From Octopus sinensis (lineage: Eukaryota), in the NCBI RefSeq assembly GCF_006345805.1, contig NC_043004.1, forward strand, positions 15,686,001-15,750,000: a DNA stretch of 64,000 nt, given 5' to 3'. Both the position numbers and the translations under genes were made by a program. Each line of letters begins with the position of its first letter. The first letter of the stretch is position 1. Shown here in pieces: positions 38,581-52,143 of the stretch. A model generated the notes under the pieces. It had not been told where the DNA came from. It was given only the letters and a program-made list of their open reading frames with translations, and ran no database searches.

Positions 38581-40299
38581 CACCCACACACACACACATA
38601 TATATATATGTATAACTAATAATGACAAATATCAATGCCAAAAGCAACGTTGTACCCAACTAAACGTAGATGTTGCGTGAGAAAACCGATTACTACATTA
38701 TTCATCTTGAGAGTACTTCCCTTAGTGATGCATTGTGCATCCATAGTGGAGCTCCTCTCAATGTAAATAGCGCAGCATTCGGTTTTCTAGCACATGGCTG
38801 TGTGTGCTTTTATGTGTGTCTGTGCCTGTATGTTTGTGTGTGTGGTGTGTTTGAATGTGTGTATCATACATATATGTAAATATCATTCATATATGTATAT
38901 ATATGTATGTATATCTGTACGTATACATGTATGTATGTACATGCGTATGTGTGTGTGCATACGTGAGTGTGTGTGTATGTCTATGTGTTCTCTGTAGTGA
39001 TCAAATGGGTGTGAAGTTTTAGCTACTTCCGATTCCGCAGCGCTAATCGTGAATAGAACATTTGGACTTTGAGCACTACTATATACTAAGTGGATTTTGC
39101 CTTCACCCACTCTCTGTATATACACCGTATGTTCTGGTGTGCGCGCGAATATCTATGCGTGTTCGTATACTAATTGGCAGTGCTTCGATGTGATATATGT
39201 GAAACCTGATACTAGCTTATATACATACAATGTAAAAATCAACAGAATCAACGAAACACCAAAAACACCGATGAATATTGAATGATCTGATCTATTTTAA
39301 CGATTTATTTCTGTTTGTAATTGAACACAGATACAACTCAAGAATTCAATAATTGTGAACAGTACCGACTCTCTATCGCTCATGTCTGAAGTAAACTGAC
39401 ATTTACCTCATTATTATTCAGTCAAGACTTCAGAACTCTCATTTGATTTATTTGTTTACTCTACAAATGTCTCTCATTATCCGTCGTATTTCATTTATCA
39501 CAATATATTCTCCATCGCGGGCTTTCTCGAAAAAAAAAAATTATGTTTATGGAAATTATATCAACACTTTGAGATTGCTCTGCGACAGTTGCACAAAGGA
39601 ATTTTTTTTAAATCTTGTTTTACTGAAATGTAAGCAAAAAACGATTTCCTTACAAATAATTATTCATTTAAACGTCTTTTGTCTCATTACTGTCCCATTT
39701 ATTGTTTTTCATAGTTTTCATAATGCTTGAATGAGATACTGCTTGGAGTAAATGGGTCAAATATACTACTCCATTCCCAAGGTATTTGACACACAAAATA
39801 GTTGGTAATTAAAGGAAAACACTTAACATAGTATTGATTTTCTCTTCCAACATTTCGCTTCAATCCATTTGTTTTCTTATTTTCTGGTTTATTTTTCAGA
39901 TCGAATACTTAAACATATGAATCTTTGAAATTTAAATTGTTATTTACTTACTGTTTGCAATAGGCGTCTGGCTAAATCTCTCAGTCACACATAACACCCG
40001 CACAATTTATATGTGGTGAATGATAAAAATGTAATTAAAACTGCCAAATATATATTCTGATATTATTATCATATGAGGCTCTTCATCATCAATAGTTACA
40101 TGATTGCACACATTAACAAATGGTCTTGATGACGAAACAGAATGATCTATGGAGCACAGATCATCGATTACTTTTTTCCAGTATTTTCGTCTTTGAGCGT
40201 TCTTCTGCCAAGTCTTGTTGTTCCTGAATATAATCGATGGTTCTGTACGCTACCCCGTTTTAATATCTGAGAACACGGGATCCAAGTTAGCCATATTCT

Positions 40300-40900
40300 A
40301 GAATGTAATCATTTAACCACTACAGTATGGGAAACCTTACTCAGATTTCTGCTCCACCGATGTAGCTCTCAGGGTAATTCAAACACACAGGACACCTACA
40401 GCATCGAACACTGGATTGTGTAGGAAGAAAAACGTAGGCAATAAATGTTGGAGAAATTCCTTGTTCATTAATCTTATATTCCTTAATGTGTTACAAATCC
40501 GTCACGCTGCAATCAAATAATTACAGGCATAAAATAACTGTAATGATCATAATCACAGAAACAACTTTTTCCATACGTTTTGGGCTTATGATAAATTCCC
40601 CAATAAATAAGTATGATTAATACGAACCGAACACAAAGATGAAGAAATTGTTGACAGGTAAATATTTCACTGCTATCAACTAGAGGGCTTAGAATATAAA
40701 CGGAAACCAATTCGGAGTTTCGGTATCTCAACTGCTTCATTTTATTATTCATAAAAGCAAGCGGAGAAGCTGTGTCTTTGGCAACGTTGCTGAGCTCCAA
40801 CCAGAGTTGAGATGGAAAGTTATTGATATCCTCAAACCACAAACCGGATTGAAATTCTTGCAACTGATACACTCTGTTAAATATACCCAATTTTCAAAAT
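40300..40900 (+). pseudogene. Possible decayed RTE-like LINE RT C-terminal fragment
   Basis: KSKRRSCVFGNVAELQPELRWKVIDILKPQTG loosely resembles the RTE thumb pattern KRRLxxxGHVxR...W.P..G. Weak evidence. Confidence 0.3.
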
Positions 40901-41769
40901 GGTGGCATAGACGTGGAAGACAGAAGGCAAACAGTACCAGAACAAGTATCCCAAGATGTTCTTCTGATACCTTTACAGCATTAGATTGGTACATGTTCAT
41001 TAGCAGCGGTAGACTGAAATGCAAATTTGAATTTGATGATATATTGAACTCACAGAGTCAGGAAAAATTAAGGAAGCATTTCCCCCATTATTCTGTCAAA
41101 TCGCCAAGTTTGTTTTCTTGTTTTCTTTTTAAAGATAAATTATTTTCTTTATTCATTCCACAAAATACAAATGGCAGTGCATTTCGCAAAGGACCATGGA
41201 ACGATTAGAGCTGTATAATCATTTTGAAATACGTGCATATCTTTTGTTGTGGTAGAAGTCGTTTCTTAAAACATATTTGATACACAAGAATTCAGGGTAA
41301 TCTGAAATAATTGAATGCATTGAAACTAACACCTCTGACATAATATATTGTATATCAGAATGTATTTTGTAAATTTAAGAAGCAGATACATATTGCAAAG
41401 TTTAACGCTATACAAGTGGCCACATGTCATATAAATTGGGGATAATTGCAATAATAAGTTAATTCATTACATCGAAAATTTAATTAAAAGCTAATTTGAC
41501 ACACTCATCAGTGTACACTATAATTTTATAACTGAAATTATTGCTATTTCAAAAGTTACTTTCTATTTTATGTAGAGCTATAAATACTATGTGCAAAGTA
41601 GATGAGAATATCAGTAATTCTTTGAAATAATGATGAATATATCATTGAATAATAATGAATAGTAAACAAAGAATATGAATTATAATATTTAAATCTGTTT
41701 CCAAATAAACGCAGTTACCGCTAATTACATGTACATATTTTTATGATCAATAAATAATTTTAACAAAAC

Positions 41770-43650
41770 AAATTAACTTAGATAATTTAGATAAGCTGCG
41801 GTCAACGTGTGCGCCATGCCATGTCTAATTTAATAGCATCACATGATAGGATCTGTTAGGTCACTTTTAATTTTGTGATATGACACATTGAAGTAGGGGA
41901 TTGTTTTTACCGAGAAATATCCAGGTATAAGGCGACTTATCTGGTATTGATAAACTTGTTGATGTTTGGCGGTGATGGAATCTTTTATCTTTGAATTTTT
42001 TAGAGATAATGTTAAATAAAGCATAGTCTGTGGAATGAAAGAAATTGCATTTCAGTGAATTTGTGTGGTGCGCCTCAATTGCGTAGGGGGTATATGGCAC
42101 GTGAACCAAGCTTTGGATGAATTCGGAATCTCATGTTAAGGTTATTTGTGCAATGCTAGGGCTATATTCTCCAAATTGTACAAATGATGTAACGCTCATG
42201 GCGCTGCCGGAGGAAATAAAGATTCAAAGATTTAAGATGGTCCCAATAATCAAAATTAGTTATACATTATAATTTTGAACTGCAGGCTATTGGGGTGACT
42301 GAATTCTCATAAAGTTCTATTTGCATGGGTAAACCTCAGCTGTATCTGACGTGTGGCCGTACAAAGGAAAATATACGAATGATGACATCTTGTTCTCTGG
42401 ACTAGAAAGTTCTGAGGATCCAGGTGCTCATCCTGCGAACCTTATTGACTTTATTGTTGATGTGAGCACTCTAACCGGGAAATTTTCGAGTTTTATTTTA
42501 TAAAGCATATATTTATATCTTTTTATCTACAAACATTGAAATCGTCAGTACTTTGTCATTATCTCTACATTTAGAAATATTTCTAAAAAAATACTTTTCA
42601 GATTAAAATTCACAAGATCATAAATACTAAAAGAAAATAATGGTGATAACCGTGCAATATTGGCAGAGTGTTATGTGATCATATGCCTTTCTGTAATTAG
42701 TTCAATATGCGGTTAGAGGTGATTTAATAACTGTTGTCTCAACAGGCAAATAATATACCAGTGCTGTACTGGAATGGACTACGATGAGTTCTTTTTAATA
42801 AATGTATGTTCTGCTGAAGTTAGAAATAAATATTTAAACCTTAAATAAACTCTTTATAATCTCTCACTCACAAGTTTATTGTTATCAGGCGCTGTTAATA
42901 ATCAATTATCAATTTATATGGTAATATTTAACATCCGTCTCACTGCGTTGTATATGTTTGCTCAGCCATCAAATGGCATGTACATGACACCGATAGGTTC
43001 GTCTGACGTAGTCAGACTCAGCACAATAAGTGTGAATAGCTGAATAGATAACAGTCCGGTTATAAATGTATTCCATGAACCAAATAAATCTTGTAGCCTG
43101 TCCATTGCGGTTCATGCTGCGAGGCATGACCCTTTTGCAAATTACTGAATTTGGTCAATATTTGCAATTCAGTAATAAGTGAATAGGAATGAGCCTAATG
43201 ATTTCAAATCTATTGTATAAGTATTATATCTGTGGCATAATATCACATTGAACAAATATATTAGGAACGGAGTATCGTGAAAGATGTATAAATTGCAGTA
43301 TCACTGAAATAATTGAATTAATATTCTATAATTTTACAGACCCGTCATGATCAAATTAAGAATACTTCATTTACCATAAGTTTGAACAGTTGTAATACAT
43401 TTGAAAGTCAGAAACAAAACTATTAGCGTTCCAAGGTAATTCTCAATGGATTAACTCAAAACAAACCTGCAAAATGGGAAGGGTTTGGTATTTATATGAG
43501 CTGGTAGATATAGCAGCCACATCTCTCTCCAATCACTTTCTGTCCTACTCAAAAAATGAGAAATACATGCATCATGAGTTCTTAGACTATGCTGTGGAAA
43601 ATAAGGAATATGTATAGATCGTATATATCTGATCATAAAGTTGACAGAGA
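41770..43650 (-). mobile_element. Old CR1-type LINE fragment
   Basis: Minus strand gives HINNKVNKVRRMSTWILRTF*SREQDVIIRIFSFVRPH and LKSLNLYFLRQRHERYIICTIWRI, with a decayed version of the LINE tail near 41770-41820. The upstream boundary is approximate. Confidence 0.65.
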
Positions 43651-43800
43651 TTTAAGATATCACAACAGAATGTACTCTGAATCTAATGAAAATATCTCAA
43701 AGGGATTTGGCAATGTGATAGAAATATTAACCAAATAACAAATCATTAGGTACCAAGTTAAATAACGAAGAATATGTTAGACATTAAATTTTGTGGAAAA

Positions 43801-43945
43801 GTCTGTGTGGTTAAGTATCTCTGTTTCAACAACATGGTTTCGGATCCACTCCCATTACCCGACACCCTCAAGAAGTGCCTCTGCACTATAGCACCCGGCA
43901 GCGGTGGTCCAATATATTCCAAAGGAATTTGAGTAGATGGCCACC
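43801..43945 (+). mobile_element. Decayed SINE head
   Basis: gtctgtgtggttaag...catggtttcggatccactccc...caagaagtgcctct..actatagc, similar to the main SINE family. Confidence 0.6.
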
Positions 43946-44019
<74 letters not shown>

Positions 44020-44512
44020 TATTTTCTTTCTTATATATATATATATATATATATGCTTCTATAAATAGATAAATAAATAGAAATATATATAACAAATGAA
44101 AGACAGAACATGGAATATAGGAGAATTTATTATTAATCACGACAATTGTTTCGACACATCTAGCATCGATTCCTCTTGTGGGACACTCAACAACTGGTTC
44201 AAGAGCACCCGGTGGTGCAGATATATCTCGTCGGCTGATAAATAAATAAAAAACAACTCGTTAAAATGACTGTTCCACACTGTAACATACTCTTTTGTAG
44301 AGAGGAAAAAGCAGCCAGACGGAGGAAAAACCTTCATATATAAAGAACAAAAATAAAATTGCAGAAAACAAAAAGAGCGACGAACACGTAACCCAGCGAG
44401 AAAAGCATTGAAAATAAACGTTAACAGATATAGATGTATAAACGCCCTTGGGCAAGCTCCATGGCACGAGTACACATGCTCATACAAACATCAGTCAAAA
44501 ATGTGAGCATAC

Positions 44513-44579
44513 GCCGCACTGAAGATGAGAAATAAGTAATAAATAAAACTTTAATTTATTCTCGAAACGCGTATGTAGC
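44513..44579 (+). ncRNA. Type I hammerhead ribozyme motif
   Basis: gccgca-CTGAAGA-t-GAGAAATAAG...TTTATTCTC-GAAA-CGCG-TA-tgtagc: palindromic stem III (ACGCGT), a 6-position stem I with one mismatch, and one extra nt before stem II. Confidence 0.65.
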
Positions 44580-45001
44580 TGACCTTAGTCGTGTGGATTC
44601 GTTATTACTTTCGTTTTGCCTACGTAAAAAAAAAGTGCGCTACTGTCTGGGAGATATTTTATGGTAGTAGAAAAGACATTTAACTCCTATTTCTAATTTC
44701 TAATTAATTTTAATTTCGGTGCGTGGCGAAGGAATTTGCTGACCCTTGATTATAATTATGTTTATAATTATAGAATATTTGTATAATTTTACCTAAAAAG
44801 GTTATTTTAACGTACTTGGTAAAATTATTAATTATTAATTAATTAATCGGTTTCAGATGCTGGCTAACCACAATATGTTGTGTTTAGTCGTTTTAACAAT
44901 ATGATGCTTAGCTCTGATAACTTTTTCTCGCTTGGTAAAGCCGAGTGTTATATTCACGATAGCATAATTTCCCTAGAGCATTATTATTAATTTTACTCAA
45001 T

Positions 45002-45570
45002 GGCGGCGAGCTGGCAGAATCGTTAGCGCGCCGGACGAATGGCTTAGTAGTTTTTCGCTCGTGGATATGCTCTGAGTTCATCCTTTCGCGGTCGACAAAT
45101 TAAATACCAATGAAACACTGGGGTCGATGTAATCGACTAGTACCCTGCCACTGAATTTCAGGCCTTGTGCCTTTAGCAGAAAGTATTATAAGCTGGTAGC
45201 AACGTTATCACGCCAGACGAAATGCTTAGCGCTATTCCGTCTGCCTTTACGTTTTCAATTCAAATTTTGCCGCGGTTGACTTTACCTTTCATCCTTTAGG
45301 GGTCGAATAATGGAGTACCAGTTGCGTACTTGGATCGATTTAATCGACTGGCCCCTTCTCCAAATATTTAGAGCCTTGTGCCTAGTGTAGAACAGGATCG
45401 TTAGCAGTATTTCACCCGTCACTATGTTCTGTGTTCAAATTCCACCGAGGTCGACTGTGCCTTTCATCATTTTGGGTTCGATAAAATAAGCACCAGTTAA
45501 ACACTGAGATCGATGTGATCGACTCATCCCCAACCTTCCCTCAAGCTGATCCTTGTGGCAAAAATTTCAA
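45002..45570 (+). mobile_element. Three head-to-tail copies of a tRNA-derived SINE (third family)
   Basis: ggcggcgagctggcagaatcgttagc head and the block cctttcatc..tt.ggg.tcga.aa...ag.acca recur at ~190-200 bp spacing. Same family as 58344. Confidence 0.8.
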
Positions 45571-45602
45571 ATCACTATTTCTATTACCTATTCTACAGAA
45601 AC

Positions 45603-45657
<55 letters not shown>

Positions 45658-45659
<2 letters not shown>

Positions 45660-46290
45660 CTCAAACCAGAGAGGAAGACAAGTCACAAAAATATCATAAT
45701 CATTCCTTTTGTCATCACTCACAACCTAAGAAATCACAACATCATTAGCACTGAAAAACGATACCTCCCAATCCTTCAACATTCATCACGAATAAACCAA
45801 TTGATAACAAAATAAAAAAGGAATAATAGCAGACTGCAAGCACCCAACATAAAATTCTCTTAAGCCAAGCAAAATTTACAACCACAGAAACAACAATGTG
45901 AGCTAAAAAGTGCGTTGATCTTCGTTGTGGAACGTGTGACTACATTGAAGTAGGAGTACAAATTACTTTCAAAACCAATGACACTTTCAAAATAAATGCA
46001 AATATTAATCCAGGAATTTAATCTATTGTGTCACATACCCCGAATGCAACGAATACTACATTGGTGAAACGGGCATCGGATTATATGAGAGAGTAAGGGT
46101 ACACAAACAACAGATACATGTCCCAGCCGTTAGTAACACAACCTCTCGCGAACATTTTGAAGCATATGGAAAGAAATAACTGAAAATATTCCCTTTCTTC
46201 AAACTGTGGACAGAAAATGACATTTTCGTAAGGCCAGGAAGAATATTTTATTCGAAAATATCAGCTAAAACTAAACAAAAAATACTGCCC
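45658..46290 (+). pseudogene. Neptune-type PLE linker plus GIY-YIG fragment
   Basis: IPFVITHN, KKCVDLRCGTC, IYCVTYPECNEYYIGETG..LYERVRVHKQQI, with frameshifts and stops. Confidence 0.8.
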
Positions 46291-48986
46291 GACCACCAGA
46301 GCTACCATCTCAACAATCCACAGAATAACACTAACCAAACACTGACAGAATAGTAAAAGTATATATGAATTGAATTGAACTAGTTACAGCTCAAGAACTA
46401 TGAGGCAACAATATTTGATTTGAGACAGACTCATGTTTTACTTCGCTAAAAAAAATTTTTAGAACTTGACATTCGAAGCATGAGGGAATATGTCACCGCT
46501 GCCTTCTGTTGCACTTCTTCGTATGAATTTAAATTCATCTGGAATTCTTGGGAGTAATTGATCTAATCCTGTTGTTTGATGACACTTACACCCATCTGAT
46601 ATGAGTATACACTCTTTTTTGTTCTATCTTATGTACGCATGTGTGGAAATATCTATAGGTATGTGTGTGTGTATATGTTTATATGTGTGTGCAGGTATGT
46701 ATATTTAAATAAAAATATAAGTTTGTGTGGATGTACAATCTCTTATGTGTGTATGTGTGAATACATATGAATGTATACACATATAACATATATATGTATG
46801 TATATCTGTACGTGTTTGTATATATATGTATATATATATGTGTGTGTCGGTGTGTGTGTTTATATAAATGTGTGTGTACGTATGGATATTTATGTATATA
46901 TAAGCACATGGAGACATGTGTATGTATGTGAATGTGAGTGTAGTGTTCTATGTGCGAATGTATGTGTATATATTTGTGAACGTAGAAGCAGATGTGTAAG
47001 AGTGTGGATGTGTTTGTGTGTGTGTGTATGTATGTGCGCATGTATGTATACACGCATGTGTAAACGTGAGGATGTATGTATGTGTGTGTGTCTGTATGTG
47101 ACTGAATAATAGCACATCATAACCAACTGTGAAATATGAATGAAATCACCTCAAATTAAAAGATTCACAAAGGTGAACTCAACAATTTTGACCACTCCTA
47201 AATATATTCCATTTTTTTATTCGAGATAAACTAACCTTTTCTAACTACCATTTTCAACTACTTTCTGTTGTCATACCTTCCAACTTTTTCGTTTTTTCTT
47301 TTTTCCTTTTACCTATTTTTCTTTCTTCACACATGCTGTTCTATTTTATTTTTATTTTTGTAATCTTTTACTATTTTTATATTATTTATTATTAGTTTTT
47401 ATACACTTTACTTTTTATTTTAAAAACTATTTTTTCTCTCTTTTATTTTCTTTTTTTTTTGTTATTTGTATACTTGTAAGAATAAAATATTTTGCTATAG
47501 TAACAACCTTATACACCACAGAATTTCAGTTTGAAAACGTCTGCCGAAAGTCTCAAAAATAATTAGAGTAACCGTAAAATTAACATTAACCATCTCTATT
47601 CATTTTTTCAAATATATTTTACTGGATGAAGACATTTTTTTATTCTACTACTATATACATACATACATATATATGTGTGTGTGTTTGTATGTGTTTGCTT
47701 TTGAATGTTCGTAGCTGTGTGTCTGAGTGTAAGTATGTGTACATGACATCTGTGCGTGTTTGCATGTGCAAGTGTAGGTGTCTATTTCTGTCTCTGTCAA
47801 ACATCATTAGTTTTAATCATTATGAGAACTTTCTTCTGAAAATAATATTTTGTGGAAAACTAAACAGAAGAAAAGACAACTAAATGTGAGAAATCATGCA
47901 ATATTAGTATAGCGCTCTGTGATATCTAATTATATATCTTCAGTGGTCAGTCAATGTATATGTGTATAGCGAAGACTTGGACACTTACGACTTTCATCAC
48001 GATCAACAAAACGTTTACTCGACAACATTTCCAAGCGAAGTCCTAGTGTAGCTGTAATCAGCGAAGCGAAACAGTGAAAATAGAAATGACATAAAATGAC
48101 ATCGATCTTTATGATTTAAACGGATTTGGGTTCAGATTTCCTCAACCTGGATAGATCTGTTGTTAAACAACAGTAAAAAATATGTTTCCATACGATGTGT
48201 AATAATGATTATTTCTCTTCCCATAAATTCAGTGAATGATACATATCTAAAGTATGCATGAAAAATTCTTCATGAAATATGTGGAAGATGAACTTATTAT
48301 CCATTTTCGCCATGTATTGATTCCACATAACTTTATCATTCATATAATAGCTGGAACTACCATCAACGATTTCTAGGCATCATAGTATTTCCATATCAAA
48401 ACATTTTTACACCACTCACTGATATTCTGTTCTGTGAACTCTTTTCCGGCATTGTGATATGGAGAAGACACAATTACTAAAAGAATAACTTGTCCATGTG
48501 CGTTGGTGGAATGCACACGTGTAGAAGTGTACTTTTCTGTGTGTGACATAGTGAAGCGACCACATTATTACATTTTCCATTATTTAAACGGAACAATTGT
48601 TTGGGTAGATCCCCTACGTCAAACTATAACCGTTCTGGTTATATGCGTCAGAGTCATCTTCCAGGATTTATTTCTCAGGTCACAAAACTTAACATTAGGC
48701 AATAATCCATGTGCATGCGTGTCCAATAAATCTGGTACTTATATCTTAGGTTCCCAGATATTATCATCCTATAAACAATATATTACAAATATTCTATATA
48801 TTTCAGAAAGTCGAAATTCTTTGGCAGTCATGTATAAAATGCCATAAGGAGATGTGAAAATATAACAATCATTTAATATGCAGTATTTCGGGTGTGCTAA
48901 GTGAGTTACAATATAAGTATGTATCTCTATCGTATCTGCATGTGTGTCTGTGTTTAAGTGTATACATGCATAGATACAAACATGCA

Positions 48987-49051
<65 letters not shown>

Positions 49052-49256
49052 ATAAATAGTAGAAAGAATAGCTATAACTCTTGACTGCTATTTCTAAATT
49101 CGGTGTGTGGTGAGGCAAATCGTTGCTAAACCCTTAATTACTTAGTATTACTTAAACTTTTCTCGAATGAGGCTTTTACATGCGAAATCTACTTGGTGAA
49201 ATTAATGATTATTCCAAATTAATTAATTTCACCCTATATTATTACTGATATAATAA

Positions 49257-49334
<78 letters not shown>

Positions 49335-49350
49335 CATATATATATATATA

Positions 49351-49660
49351 TTAGAAGAAATGAGGTAATCAGAAGATCGGATGGTTCATATTTATAGATA
49401 TTTATTTATATATTACATTTTTTACATATATATATCATATCATTCAGATCATATTATTCAGATCATTAACGCTTTCTCCCATTCTAGTGGGGTTTTCAAA
49501 TCAAAATTTGATTTTATTTTGATTTGAAAACCCCACTAGAATGGGAGAACGCGCTAATGATCTGAATGATATGATATATATATATGTAAAAAATGTAATA
49601 TATAAATAAATATCTATAAATATGAACCATCCGATCTTCTGATTACCTCATTTCTTCTAA
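49351..49660. repeat. Long fold-back palindrome (~145-157-bp arms, 8-nt spacer)
   Basis: 49351-49507 is the reverse complement of 49516-49660. The left arm has an extra ~13-bp tandem duplication and a few substitutions. Confidence 0.92.
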
Positions 49661-49691
49661 TATATAATACCTGTACATCATCTCCAAACCT

Positions 49692-49748
<57 letters not shown>

Positions 49749-49776
49749 TATTTATATTCAGGGCATTACTCTACAT

Positions 49777-49995
49777 CAGTGCTTTTCAAACTTTTTGCTG
49801 GAGCGGAACCCCAAGGAAACATTCCACTGGCTCGAGGAACCCCTGTGCAATAATTTAATAGTCTTATGCACACATATCTGCACAGGCGAATTAAAAATTA
49901 CTGCCGATTTTAGCAGTTTTGTAACTTCTTGCGGAACACCCGGACTGTACTGGCGGAAACCTAAGGATCCGCGGAACCCTGGTTGAAAAGCACTG
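49777..49995. mobile_element. hAT (Buster/Charlie-like) MITE
   Basis: TIRs CAGTGCTTTTCAA / TTGAAAAGCACTG and an 8-bp TSD ctctacat (NNNTANNN) on both sides. Confidence 0.92.
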
Positions 49996-50381
49996 CTCTA
50001 CATAAAATGCCTCACGATATGAGGGAATCGTAAAGTCAAAATAACCATAATGCAGTTGCATTCGCGAGTTGGTTTCACTCGCGTTGGGTACACTGTATTA
50101 TTTCGGTAGTTTTAACTTTGAGATTACTTCATACCGTAAGGCATTTATGTATAGTAATACCCTTAATATAAATAAATATATTCAAAGGGAATATGTTTTC
50201 AAAAATTATACCGCAAAAGCTCGAGCACGTCACTTTCAAAGTACTCTCCATTATGCTCCAGTTTGTGTTTGTAACACTGCAAGCAAGCAAGTTTGAATTT
50301 CACTTTCAATAGTATATATATATATATATTATATATATATATATATATATGCATATTTATATTCAGGGCATTACTCTACAT

Positions 50382-50599
50382 CAGTGCTTTTCAAACTTTT
50401 GCTGGAGCGGAACCCCAAGGAAACATTCCACTGGCTCGAGGAACCCCTGTGCAATAATTTAATAGTCTTATGCACACATATCTGCACAGGCGAATTAAAA
50501 ATTACTGCCGATTTTAGCAGTTTTGTAACTTCTTGCGGAACACCCGGACTGTACTGGCGGAAACCTAAGGATCCGCGGAACCCTGGTTGAAAAGCACTG
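50382..50599. mobile_element. hAT MITE, duplicated copy
   Basis: Same TIRs and the same TSD ctctacat; lies inside the tandem duplication. Confidence 0.92.
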
Positions 50600-50916
50600 C
50601 TCTACATAAAATGCCTCACGATATGAGGGAATCGTAAAGTCAAAATAACCATAATGCAGTTGCATTCGCGAGTTGGTTTCACTCGCGTTGGGTACACTGT
50701 ATTTATTTCGGTAGTTTTAACTTTGAGATTACTTCATACCGTAAGGCATTTATGTATAGTAATACCCTTAATATAAATAAATATATTCAAAGGGAATATG
50801 TTTTCAAAAATTATACCGCAAAAGCTCGAGCACGTCACTTTCAAAGTACTCTCCATTATGCTCCAGTTTGTGTTTGTAACACTGCAAGCAAGCAAGTTTG
50901 AATTTCACTTTCAATA

Positions 50917-50993
<77 letters not shown>

Positions 50994-51134
50994 GAGAGAG
51001 ACAGAGAGACAGACAGACAGACAGACAGAGACAGAAATAGAAAGATGAATACGTATATATATGCATACATACAGACATTTATGCACACCCATAAACAGAC
51101 TGCCATATATACGCAATCACAATCATATCCATAG

Positions 51135-51166
<32 letters not shown>

Positions 51167-51214
51167 GTTCTCTCTCTCTCACTCTCCCCCTCTATATATA
51201 CATATATATATATT

Positions 51215-51492
51215 ATTTTTTTTCTTTTACTTGTTTTAGTCATTTGACTGCGGCCATGCTGGAGCACCGCCTCTAGTCGAGCAACTCGACCCCGGGACTT
51301 ATTTTTTGTAAGCCCAGTACTTATTCTAACGGTCTCTTTTACCGAACCGCTAGGTAACGGGGACGTAAACACACCAGAATCGATTGTCAAGCAATGCTAG
51401 GGGGACAAACACAGACACACAAACACACACACATACGACAGGCTTCTTTCAGTTTCCGTCTACCAAATCCCCTAACAAGGCATTGGTCGGCC
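51215..51492 (-). mobile_element. SINE, 5'-truncated
   Basis: Tail and internal (CA)n as in 13232; the head is missing. Confidence 0.88.
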
Positions 51493-51854
51493 AATATATA
51501 TATATATATATATATATATGTACGGGTGTGTGTGATTGTGTATAGAAGATTATAATAATAAAAGGAATTCCAACCTTGTTTGATTTTCACGTTTTATTTA
51601 CAATCTTATCATGATATAATATAAGATAATATAATATGATAGAATATTGACATGTTCAACAAAGGGTGACGCTTAAACCAATCAGCTCAACCAACCAATC
51701 AGCTTAAGTAATTGAGTGATACCACACACTGATTGTTCAGAATACAGTTTGCAAAACCTAGCAATCTGGAGCCTACACAGCTGTATTTAAGGCACAGATT
51801 CCATCATCTTGCTAGAGTCAAAAATTGTGAAGCATGACTGTCAATACAACTACA

Positions 51855-51899
51855 TGAACCTGAAGATTGCAGAATTTAATGCATGAAAGTACTAGTTCA
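51855..51899 (+). ncRNA. Type I hammerhead ribozyme motif (copy 1)
   Basis: tgaac-CTGAAGA-tTGCA(gaatttaa)TGCAt-GAAA-GTAC-TA-gttca: 5-bp stem I, 4-bp stem II closed by a U.U pair, palindromic stem III (AGTACT). Confidence 0.75.
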
Positions 51900-52143
51900 A
51901 TCAGAATGAACATTTAACATTCTACTATTTTATTTTATTCTATTATATTATATTATCTTATATTATATCATTATAAGATTGTAAATTAAACGTGAAAATC
52001 AGACAAGGTTGGAATTCCTTTTATTAATATATTCTTCTATACACAATCACACACACCCGTATATATATCTATATTCCTATTGTGTATATGCCAACATGTC
52101 TTGAAAGCGACAAGCAAAATTAACAGAATCAGAAAGAATTCTA

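Larger units (their letters stand above)
49744..50920. repeat. Near-identical 604-bp tandem duplication bounded by (TA)n
   Basis: Offset of 604 between copies (gagcggaacc at 49801 and 50405). Differences seen are single-base indels. Confidence 0.95.

Noticed and set aside
40693-41208. 172-codon open frame as a possible host exon
   Set aside because: No recognisable host domain and no compatible neighbouring exons. It is weakly RTE-like, so it is kept only as a low-confidence relic.
42114-42120. In-frame TGA codons as possible selenocysteine
   Set aside because: They occur in antisense frames of a decayed LINE, with no supported ORF or SECIS.
42341-42461. Apparent plus-strand exon (VSDVWPYKGKYTNDDILFSGLESSEDPGAHPANLIDFIVD) with AG/GT borders, plus similar candidates at 42746-42803 and 43420-43610
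   Set aside because: The opposite strand encodes recognisable CR1 RT motifs (WILRTF, FVRPH), so these are antisense shadows of a decayed LINE. Splice phases also did not join consistently.
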